Part shown: one piece after another, positions 14,875-26,755 of the stretch
Position numbering within the stretch: the stretch's first letter is position 1
How the letters are laid out: each line of letters starts with the position of its first letter
Source of the DNA: Camelus ferus
Taxonomy: Eukaryota
Assembly (NCBI RefSeq): GCF_009834535.1
Contig: NC_045696.1
Coordinates: 111,850,001 to 111,914,000 of the forward strand
Length of the DNA stretch: 64,000 bases
Direction of reading: 5' to 3'
The notes under the pieces: model-generated
What the model saw: the letters and a program-made list of their open reading frames with translations, nothing else
The model's database searches: none
Told to the model about the DNA's origin: nothing
Made by a program: the position numbers and the translations under genes

Positions 14875-16670
14875 AAGCTTTGTTGAGGTACAATCCTATA
14901 CCATAAAATTCATTCAAGTACACAAAAACTATAGTCATGGAGTTTGCAACCTTCACCATAATCAATTTTAGAACATTTTCATCACCTTAAAAAGAAACAA
15001 TATTCTGTTAGCTGTCGCTCACCAGTCCTTCCAACTCTCCTGATCGCCAAACTACTTTCTGTCACTGTATGTTTTGCTGTTCTGGATGTTTCATATAAAT
15101 AGAATCATGTAATAATGTGATCTTTAGTGACTGGCTTCTTTCACTTAGCATAATATTTTTTAAGTTTATCCATGTTGTAGCATGTAGCATGTACCTCATT
15201 CCTTTTATGGCCAAATAATATTCCATTGTATGGATATATTTTGTTTATCAGTTGACAGGCATATGGGCAGTTTCCACCTTTTGGATATTATAAATAATGC
15301 TGCTGTAAACTTCCAGGTATAAGCTTTTGTGTGGATATGTTTTCAGTTCTCTTGGGTAAATAATTAGGAGTAGAGCTGCTGACTCAAATCTTAATTCTGT
15401 GTTTAAATGTTGAGAAGCTGTCAGATTGTTTTCCAAAGCGGCTGCACTATTTTTTGTTCCTGTAGCTGAGTATGAGGATTCTGATTTCTCCACATTCGGC
15501 CAACACTTAATTTATTGACTTTTTGATGAGAGCCATCCAGTTGGGTGTGTAGTGGTATTGTGACTTTGATTGGCATTTCCGTAAAGACTAATGATGTTGA
15601 GTATCTTTTCATGTGCTTGTTGGCCATTTGTTTATCTTCTCTGGAGACATGCCAATTCAGATTTTTTTTCCTTTTTAAAAATTGGGTTCTTGTTCTATTA
15701 TTGGGAATTACAAAAGTTCTTTATATATTCTGGAGACAAGTCCCTTATTAGATATGATCTGCAAATATTTTTTCCTGTTCTGTGGCTTGTCTTTTCACTG
15801 TCTTGATTGTATCTTTTATATAGCACAAAAGGTGTTAATTTTTATGAACTCTAATTTGTGTATTTGTTGTTGCTGTTAACGCTAATGCTTTTGGTGTTGT
15901 ATTTAAGAATTTATTCCAAAGGCAAGGTCATAAAGACTTAGCTCTAGCTTTTTCTGTAAGAGTTTTACAGTTTTGACTCTTCCATGTAGGTCTTGATCCA
16001 TTTTTTAAAGTAAATTTTTGTATATGGTGTAAAGTAAGGGTCCAACCTCAGTCTTCAGCGTGTGGCCATCCAGTTGTTCCAGTACTATTTGTTGACAAGG
16101 CAATTCTTTTCCTATTGAATAATCTTGGTATCCCTGTTGAAAATCAATTGACTGTAGATACAAGGATTAATTTCTGGACTCTCAACTGTACTCCACTGAC
16201 CAATATGTTGATCCTCATGCCAGCTCCACATTGTCCTGATGAGTGTTGCTTGGTAGTAAGTTATGAAATTGAGATTTGGGGGTCTTCTAACTTTGTTCTT
16301 CTATTTCAATATCTTTTTAGCTGTTCTAAGTCCCTTGAGTTTTGTATGAATTTTAGGATCAGCTTGCCAGTTCTTACAAAGAAGCCAGCTGGAATTCAGC
16401 TCAAGATTGCATTGAATCTGTAGATCAATTTGGGGATTATTGTCATTTTAACAATATTGTCTTCCAATCCAAGAATATGAGATGCCTTTCCATTTATTTA
16501 GATCTTGTTTAATTTTTTCAACAATGTTTTGTAGTTTTGAGAAGATAAGGTGATACTTCTCTTGTTAAATTTATTCCAAAGTATTTTATTTTTGATGCTA
16601 TTGTAAATGGAATTGTTGTCTTAATTTCATTTTAGGATTATTCATTTTAGGATTATTCACTTATAGTGTG
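14875..16670 (-). mobile_element. Old L1 (L1MB-like) 3' UTR plus ORF2 C-terminal region, degraded
   Basis: Minus-strand ORF remnants 'MANKHMKRYSTSLVFTEMPIKVT' and 'VQPLWKT' are typical of the L1 ORF2p C-terminus; antisense 3' UTR begins ~14875. Confidence 0.9.
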
Positions 16671-17803
16671 TATACTTAAGTATACATGAGTAAGTGTTAA
16701 CAGGGAAAACTTGGCTGGTATCCCATGAGCCAGCATTTCCCAAATGCACATCTTGAGATTATATGTGGAGAAAAAAGCATTCTGTGTCAAATCATTTTGG
16801 AAGCTGTTTCCTACTTAAAGCTTCGTGATCGCTGTGAACATATAGAATGATCTGAGAAGTAAGGCAGCACCTTGAAGCTTTAAATCCCACAGAAAACAGA
16901 GGCTCTTGTCTGTTTTGTCTTATTCAGCAAAGCCTGAATGATTTTCAGATCCTTTTTAAGATGGGATAAGGCACAGAATTTGTGGCCAATGTCTTGAAAG
17001 ATAAAGTTAACCTATTTCGCAATTTTGCCTAGAGTAGACATTATAATGGTTTGTTACAATATTGTAAAATGCCCTCTAAGTGCCAGTGAAAATAGTTCTT
17101 TTTGAAAATGACATTTAAATTCATCCAGAAAATACTGCCTTCTGTTGAATTTTCTTGGAGTAAGTTTTCTCAATGTTTATATCAATACTCTATGATGATA
17201 AGAGTAGGATAGTCAAGACTGGAGAAAGGGGCCTTGAGGAACTACTAGATAAATAAGCATACCACAGTCTTAAGTTTAGAAAGGTAAGATACAAAAAGAC
17301 AGCATGAGTTGGACATACTCATATTTGAATCGTAGCTCCATGTGTATTACTTGGGTGATAACGGACATATGTAATGGCGTCCCTGAATCTCCATTTCATC
17401 ACTTTAAAATTGTCTTAATAACGCAATCACTTTATAAAACACATAGCATGTTGCATACATAACTCAAATGTAAAATGGCTTTGTTCCCAAAGTAGGAATA
17501 TAGTATTTATTATTCCATTTTGCACATACTTTGCCTGTATCCTTCAGGTTTGGTCTGATTGAAGGAACACTGGAGATTGAAGTCTGGGACCAGTTTAGGG
17601 CCTTGCTTCATGAGAATAGAGTCACGCTTTCCATCTATCTGAACCGCACTCAAAGCTGGCCGTGGGCCTGGTTTGGGAATCCTGCAGTTTATCTCCAGTG
17701 TTCCCCCAACTCTTTTGCTCAGTCTTCTTTCCCTGTAACTCCTTCCTTCCTTCTCTCTGAAATTCCAGTCTGCCCAGACAAAACCAACTTTATGGAAAAG
17801 CAA

Positions 17804-18451
17804 TGTCTTAGTCTGTTTGAGCTGCTGTAACAAGACGACAGAGACTGAGTGACTTATAAACAAGAAACATTTATTTCTTATGGTTCTGGAGGCTGGTAAA
17901 TCCAGGATAATGGCACCACCAGATTTGGTGTCTAGTCAAGGCCCTCTTCTGGGTGGCAGAATGCCAGCTTCCTGCTGTGTCCTCATGTGGTCTAAGGGTC
18001 AGGGAACTCCATGTCAGGTTTCTTTTTTCCCCCTTGTTAATTTCCCTGAGCATCTAGTTTATTTCTGAGGAGCATCCATGCACCTTGGTAATAACCACCC
18101 AATCTCGTTATCCTTGCAGTTATTCTTCCATAGTTTCAAATGCCTGTCTGTTATATTGCACTGATGGATGGTACAAGGAAATTTGTATATTTTCTCTTTT
18201 TATTAGCAAATATATAATGTTAATATTAGTTCTGTACATTTTTCTCCCCTGGTTTGTGATTTCCTCAGGGGCAAGGCCATATCATATTCAGTTTGTCAGG
18301 TCTTTTTAATAAGGGCATTAATCTCATTGCTGAGGGCGGGCCCTCAGCACTTAAATGTCCCCCAAAGGCCCTTCTTCCCAGCCCCATCACACTGGGCATC
18401 AGGATTTAGTATGAATCTGGGTGGAGGGGTACAAACATTTGAACAATAGCA
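17804..18451 (-). mobile_element. MLT1A-like solo LTR, split by a ~265-bp insertion (18029-18293)
   Basis: The left part (tgtcttagtctgtttgagctgctgtaacaa...) and right part (...aagggcattaatctcatt...acaaacatttgaacaatagca) are collinear with the MLT1 at 8383-8694. Confidence 0.85.
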
Positions 18452-19400
18452 TAATGTAAAGTAAAACTGAGTCAGCAAGTTACCTGTAGCAGCAATATTT
18501 GCAATTTTTCTGTCCTTTCTAAATATGGGCTAAAAGGCATTATTTCTAGTTAAATTTCGGAGCTTTGTCATGGAGGGCAGTGAGAAAGTATAGAATTCTA
18601 TTTCGACTAAAAGATCCTTTCTAATTCTAGTTTTATTACGTTTGCCTGATGACCAATTCCATTGCATCTTTGCTACGTGGTTCCAAATCACCAGCTTTCT
18701 GGAGAAGGAAAGCATCAAACTTGGGTTTCTGATGCCTTTTTGGTTTCAGTCTGGTGCTAGGAAGTTGATATGGGAGGAGGAAAGAGAAGAGCTAGCTACA
18801 AGGAGACTGAGTGGACAGATGGACGATTATCACCAGAATTCAGGCCCAATAAGAAGGCATAACAATGCAGCTGCCAGTCTTCATTACTGCAATCCCCGAA
18901 ATGACTTTTTGTACGAGAGGTTACAACTCTCCAAACACAACTGTCAACATGAAAATAGAATGATAGCAAGTTACTGGGGGCTATGGCATTGATTTTTTAA
19001 AAAAATTTAATTCTTGACTTTGCTACAATTCAAGTTTATCTGCAAATGATTTTGTGACTTGTTTTAAGCTGATAAAAATTTAACATAAAAAATCAGTCAA
19101 GAGGTAGAACAGGGGAACTTCAGAAGTGAAAACAAATCAATTCAATAAAAATCCACCCAGTCCACGCGGAGGCCTTTAAGGGCTAGGAAAAATCTAGATG
19201 GCTTTCCTCGGTGGAAGTGACATGAATGGTTAGCTCATTCAGGGCCTGAACATCCCTAAGCTAAGGTATCTCCTGTGCTGAGACTCATGGCTCAGCTCTC
19301 TCCAGTGGAAGAAGTTGGATGATGAGATAAGGTGAAATTATAGTTTCCCAGAAGCATGACTCCCCCTACCCTGATTCCATGACCTTTGAAGAGGCCATTC

Positions 19401-19629
19401 CTTTTTTTTTTTCTTTAAAGGGAATGACATGCGATTTTATTTAATTTTTATTTTTATACAATTTTAAAGGTTACTTTCTATTTACAGTTATTACAAAATA
19501 TTGGCTCTATTCCCTGTGTTGTACAATACATCCTTGAGCCTGTCTCACACCCAGTAGTTTGTCTCTCTCCCTCCCCAAGCCAGCCCCACCCTGGTAACCA
19601 CTAGTTTATTCTCTATATCTGTGAGTCTG
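19401..19629 (-). mobile_element. Truncated L1 3' end (artiodactyl-type)
   Basis: T tail; 'ctggtaaccactagtttattctctatatctgtgagtctgt'; degraded TSD TGAAGAGG at 19387 and 19630. Confidence 0.8.
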
Positions 19630-20840
19630 TGAAGAGGACAGTCTAATAAAAGGAAAAGATGCCAAAATAATGTTATACCAGCAGAAGGCATTTTTGACAT
19701 TACCAAAACCAAGCACAACAAAATAGATCCAGTCACATGTCTCCCTCCTGACTGTTAAACTATTGGATTTTTGAGCCCTGCTGGTTAACAATGATGCTCT
19801 CATTCAGTGCTGATGAAAGAAGGCTGGCTGTGTTCATTCTTTCAAAAGCCAACAGTGTGGGCAAAATATGAAATGTTTGGTAACAAGTTACAGGCAAAAA
19901 AAGGGTTCTCTAAAGCCATGATGGGGCAAATGCAATGCATTGGACCTAGTTCTCAAATTACTTTTACATATGAATAATGGGAAGACCAAAAGATCATAGA
20001 GACATTTAGTCAGAAGGGAGTATGGAATCCAAATTCTTTACATTTTACAGATGAAGAAACTAGAAACCCAGAGAAATTATACTTCGAAACAAATGGTTTT
20101 ACAAACAAAACCTGTAAAATTGAGGCAGAGGATTAAAAACAGCTGTGAGAAACATCTTTTGTGGTTAGTTTCTGGAAACCACTGAGCAAAGAATAAAACA
20201 GAATGTGAAAGAGTGAAGGTGGGAGACAGCTTAATTAAAAAGCAAGAATTGTGCAGTCTGGTAAATTCCTGAGAGAAACGTATTACCAAGGTAATGACAA
20301 AACATTTTAGGCTTATACGCCTCTGTCTTATCAGATGTCCACAGTCGGGTGAAGTAATCATTATGTGGTTGTCAGAGACCCTCTGGAAGGGGTTAGCTCA
20401 GATGTGGTGGAGAGTACTTCATCACCTGTAACACAAGAAAGCAGTGAATTTATCAATGATGTGTTTAGGCAGACAGATTTTAAAATGACAGCCCATAAGT
20501 GGTGGTTGTCTGGACTTCACATTAGAGGCACTGAGAATTTTTTGTTCTTAGAACTCTATTAGCAATCACTCTTTGCTGATCATATTATTCTGCATCAGAT
20601 TTTTCATCAGAAGGAATATTCTTATATTAAAAGTATGAAAACTAAAGAGCAAAATAGAAGCAGAGAATCAATAGCAACATATCCTCTGCTCAGCTTTCAA
20701 GGCTCATTGTTGAAGCAGAGGTCCCCAGATCCCCAGTAAAGGGAACATTTTCAGGCCAGTACTCTGGAGGAGCCATTACTTGTTATTAAGAGGGAAACAA
20801 CAATAACCCTGACCCGCTTTATCTTATTTTTCTAGTAGTG

Positions 20841-21253
20841 TGTAGCCCCCCGACTGGGAACAAAGGAATGAGCCTTGGGCTGGAATGGTAAACAAGTTAT
20901 AAAAAGCTGCAGACTCAGAGGTGAGAAGTCTGGTTAGCCAATGACGGGTAAGATCCCCAGAGGGGGGCAACCTAAGACAGGCACAGCCGCCTGAGTCCAA
21001 GAAGAATATTGTTAAGCAGCTGCTTCTCATACACTCCACCCTGGTATGTTGTAAGGCTTGCTGGTGCCAACACAAAAGTGATTTACCAAAACATAAAGGG
21101 TCTTCTGACCTTGAGCGAGACACTGCCTGTTAACCATTTCCCTTGTCATTCTTCTTTGCTATATAAGACTGTGTAACTTAATAAAGCTTCAGAGTAGCCA
21201 TCAGCTCTCTCTGCATATGGTGTGTATGTGTACATGATATCGCAACACCAACA
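20841..21253 (+). mobile_element. ERV2/betaretrovirus-like solo LTR
   Basis: TGTAG...CAACA termini; 6-bp near-TSD GTAGTG/GCAGTG; CCAAT 20938, TATATAA 21160, AATAAA 21180. The motif 'agccaatgacgggtaagatcccc...aacctaagacaggcacag' is recalled from ERV2 LTRs. Confidence 0.75.
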
Positions 21254-22551
21254 GCAGTGAAAGAATATGTCATAGTAGGCAAGTTAGTCTAATCTCTTAA
21301 GACTTGTCTCTGATTTCCTTTTCTGTAAGAATAAGATAGCAGTAATAATATTGGAGCAAGGAGAATAGGAAACTCCAAATGTAATCATGGCATCCCACTG
21401 CCTAAAAAAACCTCCACTGGTTTTTCCGTGGACTTCTCAGGAGCAAAGATAAAAATCCATAACATAACCCCATATGCCTGGCTTGATCCAACCCTGGCCA
21501 GAGCCGTCTCCTCTCACTTCCTCAGCGGTATCATGGCCCAGCCTGCCTGGAGTGCCACACGTGCTGTTGGCACTCCATCCTCAGAGCTCAGAGTTTTTTT
21601 TTTTTTTTTAAGAATGCCTCTCCCATCCCCTACCTCATTACATTTCCCACCAGTGATCAGTTATTTACACGGCTAGTTAGTTAACGTCTTTCACGTGCTT
21701 TCACAGCGGCACGATTTATGCCTCTGGTTTACTCCTGTATGTGAAGTCCCTGGTGCCCCACCTGTCACATATGAGGTGCGTAAATGTTTGTGGAATGGAA
21801 TGAGATAACTGGAGATTTAAATATATGGCAGAGAGTAAGCAATAAATATTAACAGCTATGTTAATTGTGAACTTGTTTCACTCTCCCTCTGTTGCTTCAC
21901 GTGCTTTGTTATCAGTTGCTCACACCACAAGATCTCTGTCCTACACGGGGTGCAAGAGGAATAATGATGACAGACCTAGAACCCTGACCTTGGACCTGTT
22001 CCCAGTGTAAACTCGGTTAGTTGTCAGGGCACTTCATCAGAACTGACTATGTTACCTGTGGCGATATTACATTAGCTATCTGTGTAAAAAAATTCATGAA
22101 GTTTTCTGTTTAGTTTAAATGTTTATTACAAATGACTTGGTTCTGCTATGGGCACCTTTAAAAAGCTGAAAATTTTTAACCTCTGCTTTTGTCAGAAGAA
22201 GCAGAAGGATGTTTGTCAGAGCTAAGACAGTTTTAATATTTATTTTACCCTCAACAAATAGTGATAGCTACTGTTCAGACTATCTCCTTTAGAGTGGTCT
22301 CTAAGACAACCTCTGGATGGTCAAGTTATAGTAGAATTGAAAAGGAGATTAAAATCATAAACTCTGGAGATAACAACAGAACTGGGTGCCTGCCTCACTT
22401 TTCCCATTATAGCAGTGGGACCTTGGGCAGATCGACCATCCTAGCCTCAGGTTTCTCACCTGTAAAAAGTGGTTTATAATAAATAATAATAAGATGTCCA
22501 GTGAATCCCTTCCACTTTGTTGGAAATAACAACATAAACATCCTTCTATAC

Positions 22552-22785
22552 CACTGGTTCTCATTGGTGGTGGGAGGGAAGGATTTGGTCTCCCAGGGGA
22601 AAAAATGTCTGGAGATGTTTTTGTCACAGTGTGGGTGTGTGGTAGGTGGGGAGAGAGGTGGTTTGCTATTGGCTTCCAGTGGGTAGAGGCCAGGAATGCT
22701 GGTAAACATCCCACCATGCGTAGGTCAGGTCTTTACAGAATCATCCTGTCCAAAATGCCAATAGTGCTCCTGGTTGAGTGCCTGC
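22552..22785. mobile_element. MER20 DNA transposon relic
   Basis: 'aatgtctggagatgtttttgtcaca...tggcttccagtgggtagaggccaggaatgctggtaaacatcc...ccaaaatgccaatagtgc...ggttgag'. Confidence 0.85.
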
Positions 22786-23589
22786 TTGTAGTGAAATGGT
22801 TAAATAATTACTGCAGCCATTAAAAGATAGGTCTGTGCACAGACATAGAAGGATTTCTAGGAGACACCAAGCAAGTAAAACAACTCACAGGGATGTATTT
22901 ATAATTATAATATGACCCCGTTAATGACTCCCTGTCTTCTATGCATGTGTTTCCACGTACATATAAAAGATCTGGAGGGACACATACCAACTTGTTAATC
23001 AGTGATATCTATGGGGAAAAAACATGCTAAGAAAAGTCTGCATTTCTTACTGGACACACTTTTTACTGTTTTTTTTACAACCAGAAGGTGTTACCTTTGT
23101 AATTTTGAAAATAAATTCCTAACTTGTACTATTCCTATAAGAATTAAAGTAGATAATGAAAGTAAAGTGTTGGCACAGTGCCAGTATACAGTTAGTGCCA
23201 ATACGTGAGTTATAATTATTGTTTGTTATTAGGGCAATTCTGTATTTCTTGAAAACTGAAGGAGTTCAGGAAGTGAAGGTATGCAGGTAAATATGGTAAT
23301 TAAAAGATTTCGTTAATGATTTTGTGGAGTTTCAGCTGTGGCAGCATTTTTTTTTAATCACCTAAGTTTCCTTTTGTGTTTATTGAAAGAACTGTCCAAT
23401 CTTACATCATTTTTTTTGCACATATAAAAAAAGAAAACACACATGAAATAAACTGGTAAGGGTATTCCTTCCACTTCACATTCAGAACACAAGTCTTCTA
23501 AATCAGGAATCGACTCAGAGGCATCAGTGAGCCTGTCTTTCCACACACTCTCATCCTCATTTCTATCCTGTTGGTGTAATAGCATTTTT

Positions 23590-24480
23590 AAACTTTTGAA
23601 TGAAAGCATAATGTTCATTTAGAAAAGCATAAAATTCAAATGTGTACAGCTGGATGAATTTTCTTTTTTTTTTTTACATTTTTTATTGATTTATAATCAT
23701 TTTATAATGTTGTGTCAAATTCCAGTGTTCAGCACAATTTTTCAGTCATACATGGACATATACAAACTCATTGTCACATTTTTTTCTCTGTGAGCTACCA
23801 TGTTTTGTGTATATTTCCCTGTGCTATACAATATAATTTTGTTTATCTATTCTACAATTTTGAAATCCCAGTCTATCCCTTCGCACCCTCCGATGAATTT
23901 TCAAAATGAACATAATCATGTATTCACCACCTAGTTTAAAAAAAAATATATATATATATATAAATTAGAAGTTTCCAGCACCCAGAATCTTCCCCCAGGT
24001 AACCACATCCTGACTTCTAACATCATAGTAAGTTTATATAAATACAGGGACAGAGACAGTATATATTCTTTTCTGCTTGACTTCTTTAGCTTGACATCAC
24101 ACTCATGAAATGCACACACGGTAGGTGGAGTAGTAATCACTCATTGCCATTGATGGACAGTTCACCATTGTGTGCACATACGATACATCCATTCCACCAC
24201 TGATTGACTCAGGGATTATTTCTAGCTTGAGGCCACTACGAATAGCGTTGCTATGTACATTCCTTGTGTCCTTTGGTCCATGTGAGTATGCATTTCTGTT
24301 TGTATGTACCTAGGAGTAGAATTTTGGGTTCATATTATAGATAAATGTTTAGCTTAGTAGCTGCTACTAAACAGTTTTCCAAAGTGGTTTTACTAAGCTA
24401 TATACTACCAGCAGGATACGAGAGCATTACTCCACATCCTCACCGACAGTTGGTGTTTTAATTTTAGCCACTGGTAGAAT
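23590..24480 (-). mobile_element. Old L1 (L1ME-like) 3' region hosting a younger L1 insertion
   Basis: Degraded antisense L1 3' UTR wording on both sides of the 23664-23891 insertion, for example 'tatgtacctaggagtagaatt...aacagttttccaaagtggtt'. Confidence 0.65.
23664..23891 (-). mobile_element. Young 5'-truncated L1 3' end with 11-bp TSD
   Basis: Perfect TSD GATGAATTTTC at 23653-23663 and 23892-23902; pure T tail; endonuclease-type target TTTTC/AA. Confidence 0.9.
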
Positions 24481-26637
24481 GGAACTCATTTTAAAATTTT
24501 AAATAACTTACTATCGCCTACTGTTCTCTTTAAAAAAAAAAGTATGTGTTTTTGAGCATTTACAAAAGGAGTGGAATGATATTCACCAAATTGTTAACAG
24601 TAGCTGTCTGAGTGATAGAATTGTGGGGGCATTTTGTTGTTTGCTTTATACCTACCTAAACAAACATGATGTAGTAACAGAAATAGTATAAAAAGTGGCA
24701 GCATTTCCCAAAGTCTTCTCATTAAAACAAAAGTTCATCAATGTTAAAATATTCCCACAAGTAGAGTTTCAAGGCTAAGTTTGACTTGTTTACTGCAGGG
24801 TTGCTTACAGATATAAAATGCTAATGTATCTTATCAATGTCTTATGGGTGGGTACAATGCAATACTGTGCATGGTTTCAGGGATTTATAATTTCCAAAAT
24901 ACCCCTTTATATTTCAAGGAGCTAGTATCCTGAGAAACATTATTTGTAAAATGCTGGAATGGGAGATGAAAAAATAGTAATACATAAAAATAGGTTAAAG
25001 AAAGGCAAATAATTCTTATAATAGGTGGAGTGTCCACAAACAAGTCTTCTCTATATGACGGAACACTTTGAGTATTTTTTTTATGCTGCTTTAAGTATCT
25101 TTTCCTGTGAATTTGAAGTTCTCCAAAATGTCAATCCAAGAGTCCAATCCCATGGTACTTCTGTATTTTCCCTTCTACATTTGAAAGTCAACTATTTGAG
25201 TGTCTTCTATAATCGTAACACTGGGTTTCTATTATAAGGTTTAAAAGCATACAGATGGGGAGATGTCCCAGGACCCACAGGATCTTGGACCTCAGGAGTC
25301 TTTGATCCTTTGGACTCCAAAAAGCAACTTATTTTGTAGCAAGATAGGATAAAGCAGATTCAGGCTAGTTTCAAGGAGAAGTTCTAGTCAGTCAAACAAA
25401 CTGCGGATGCTTGTCACCATAGCTCAACAATGAACTGTAACAACCAGAGGATTTTACTGAGGGCCAGAATTATTCACCAGTATTGCCAACTTCCTAACAC
25501 ATTGCCAAGTATGCTATATTGCCAAGTATGCTAGCCAACTTGGCAGTGTGACAAAAGGGTGTAGTTTGGAGTAAGAGAGACTTGGGTTTGGATTTCAGCT
25601 CCACCACTTACTCAGCTCTTTGACTTTCTATGACATTTAATTTCCTTGACTGTGAAATGAAAATAATAATACCTCTCTCTCAGGGTTGCTGAAAGTTCAT
25701 TAAGCTAGTATGTGTGAAAGAGCCTGCCCAGTACTACACCAAACAGACAGCAGGGTTCTCCATAAACGGGGTTCTCCTTCTTCATAAAATGAAGGGTAAG
25801 CATTGGCAGAGCTACAGCTGGTCTATTTCCATAGAACGTGTTTACTTTCTCCACTCAGTTTCACACAGTTAGATGCTTTTATCTCTCTCTCTCTGTCCCC
25901 AGCCCCAGTTCTTTCTCCTGGTACCATAATCTCTCCTCTTTCACTCCTCATACCATCCTGTCTTGCATTCCTAATGAAGAACAATGCTTTAACCAGTTCT
26001 TCATAATCTCTGGTGTTCAACCAAGAACACTTGAGAAAACAGGACTCAAGGATCCTGGCCGAGTTTCAGCACCATCATGGTGATGGGTGAGATGTTTTGC
26101 TTTGAGAAACTTCTCTGATATGCCTCAGATTCACTCTGCAAAATTATTTACTGAATACCTACTATGTGCCAGGCTTTCTAGGATTGGGTAGCACTGTGTA
26201 GTGTGTCATTTACTAAACAGGCTGGTCTTGTTCTTTTATTTTTCCCAAACAATGTTTAAACTAGAAATACATTCCTTAAAGAGTTAGCGTTCTTGGACCC
26301 GCTCTAGATTTTTCCACATTCAGACAGCATCCTCAAAGTAAAGGAGTAAGCTATTAGACAAAGATATCAGTTATATAAGACATCTGGGCTTATCTGTGCT
26401 GAACTACTTTGGAAATAGGGAACAGTTGCTTTTTGTTAATTGGCACACTACAAGATGGTTTATTTTCAAAGTTCTGATTTTTGATTATCATCTTAGGTAA
26501 CCTCTGGGTACCTTTTTTATTCTGTTCCAGCAATCCCTCTAACTTGAAGGCTTTCCATCTTAGATTCTTCTGGTGAAGATATTTCTCACATTTCCTGCCC
26601 TGACTCCTGGCCCCAACACTATCCCCATTACATTTTT

Positions 26638-26755
26638 ATTTTTAATTAAAAAAAATAAAAGTTTATTTATTTATTTAAATGAAGGTATTTGGGATTGAAC
26701 CCAGGACCTCGTGCATGCTAAGCAGGCACTCTACCACTGAGCTATAACCTACCCC
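26638..26755 (-). mobile_element. tRNA-derived SINE (camelid Vic-1-like)
   Basis: The minus strand reads GGGGTAGGTTATAGCTCAGTGGTAGAGTGCCTGCTTAGCATGCACGAGGTCCTGGGTTCAATCCC (A and B boxes) followed by a (TAAA)n tail; near-TSD TTACATTTTT/TTGCATTTTT. Confidence 0.88.

Noticed and set aside
26690..26755. tRNA-Ala-like gene
   Set aside because: The acceptor stem does not pair properly, and it has an AT-rich tail and TSDs, so it is a SINE rather than a tRNA gene.
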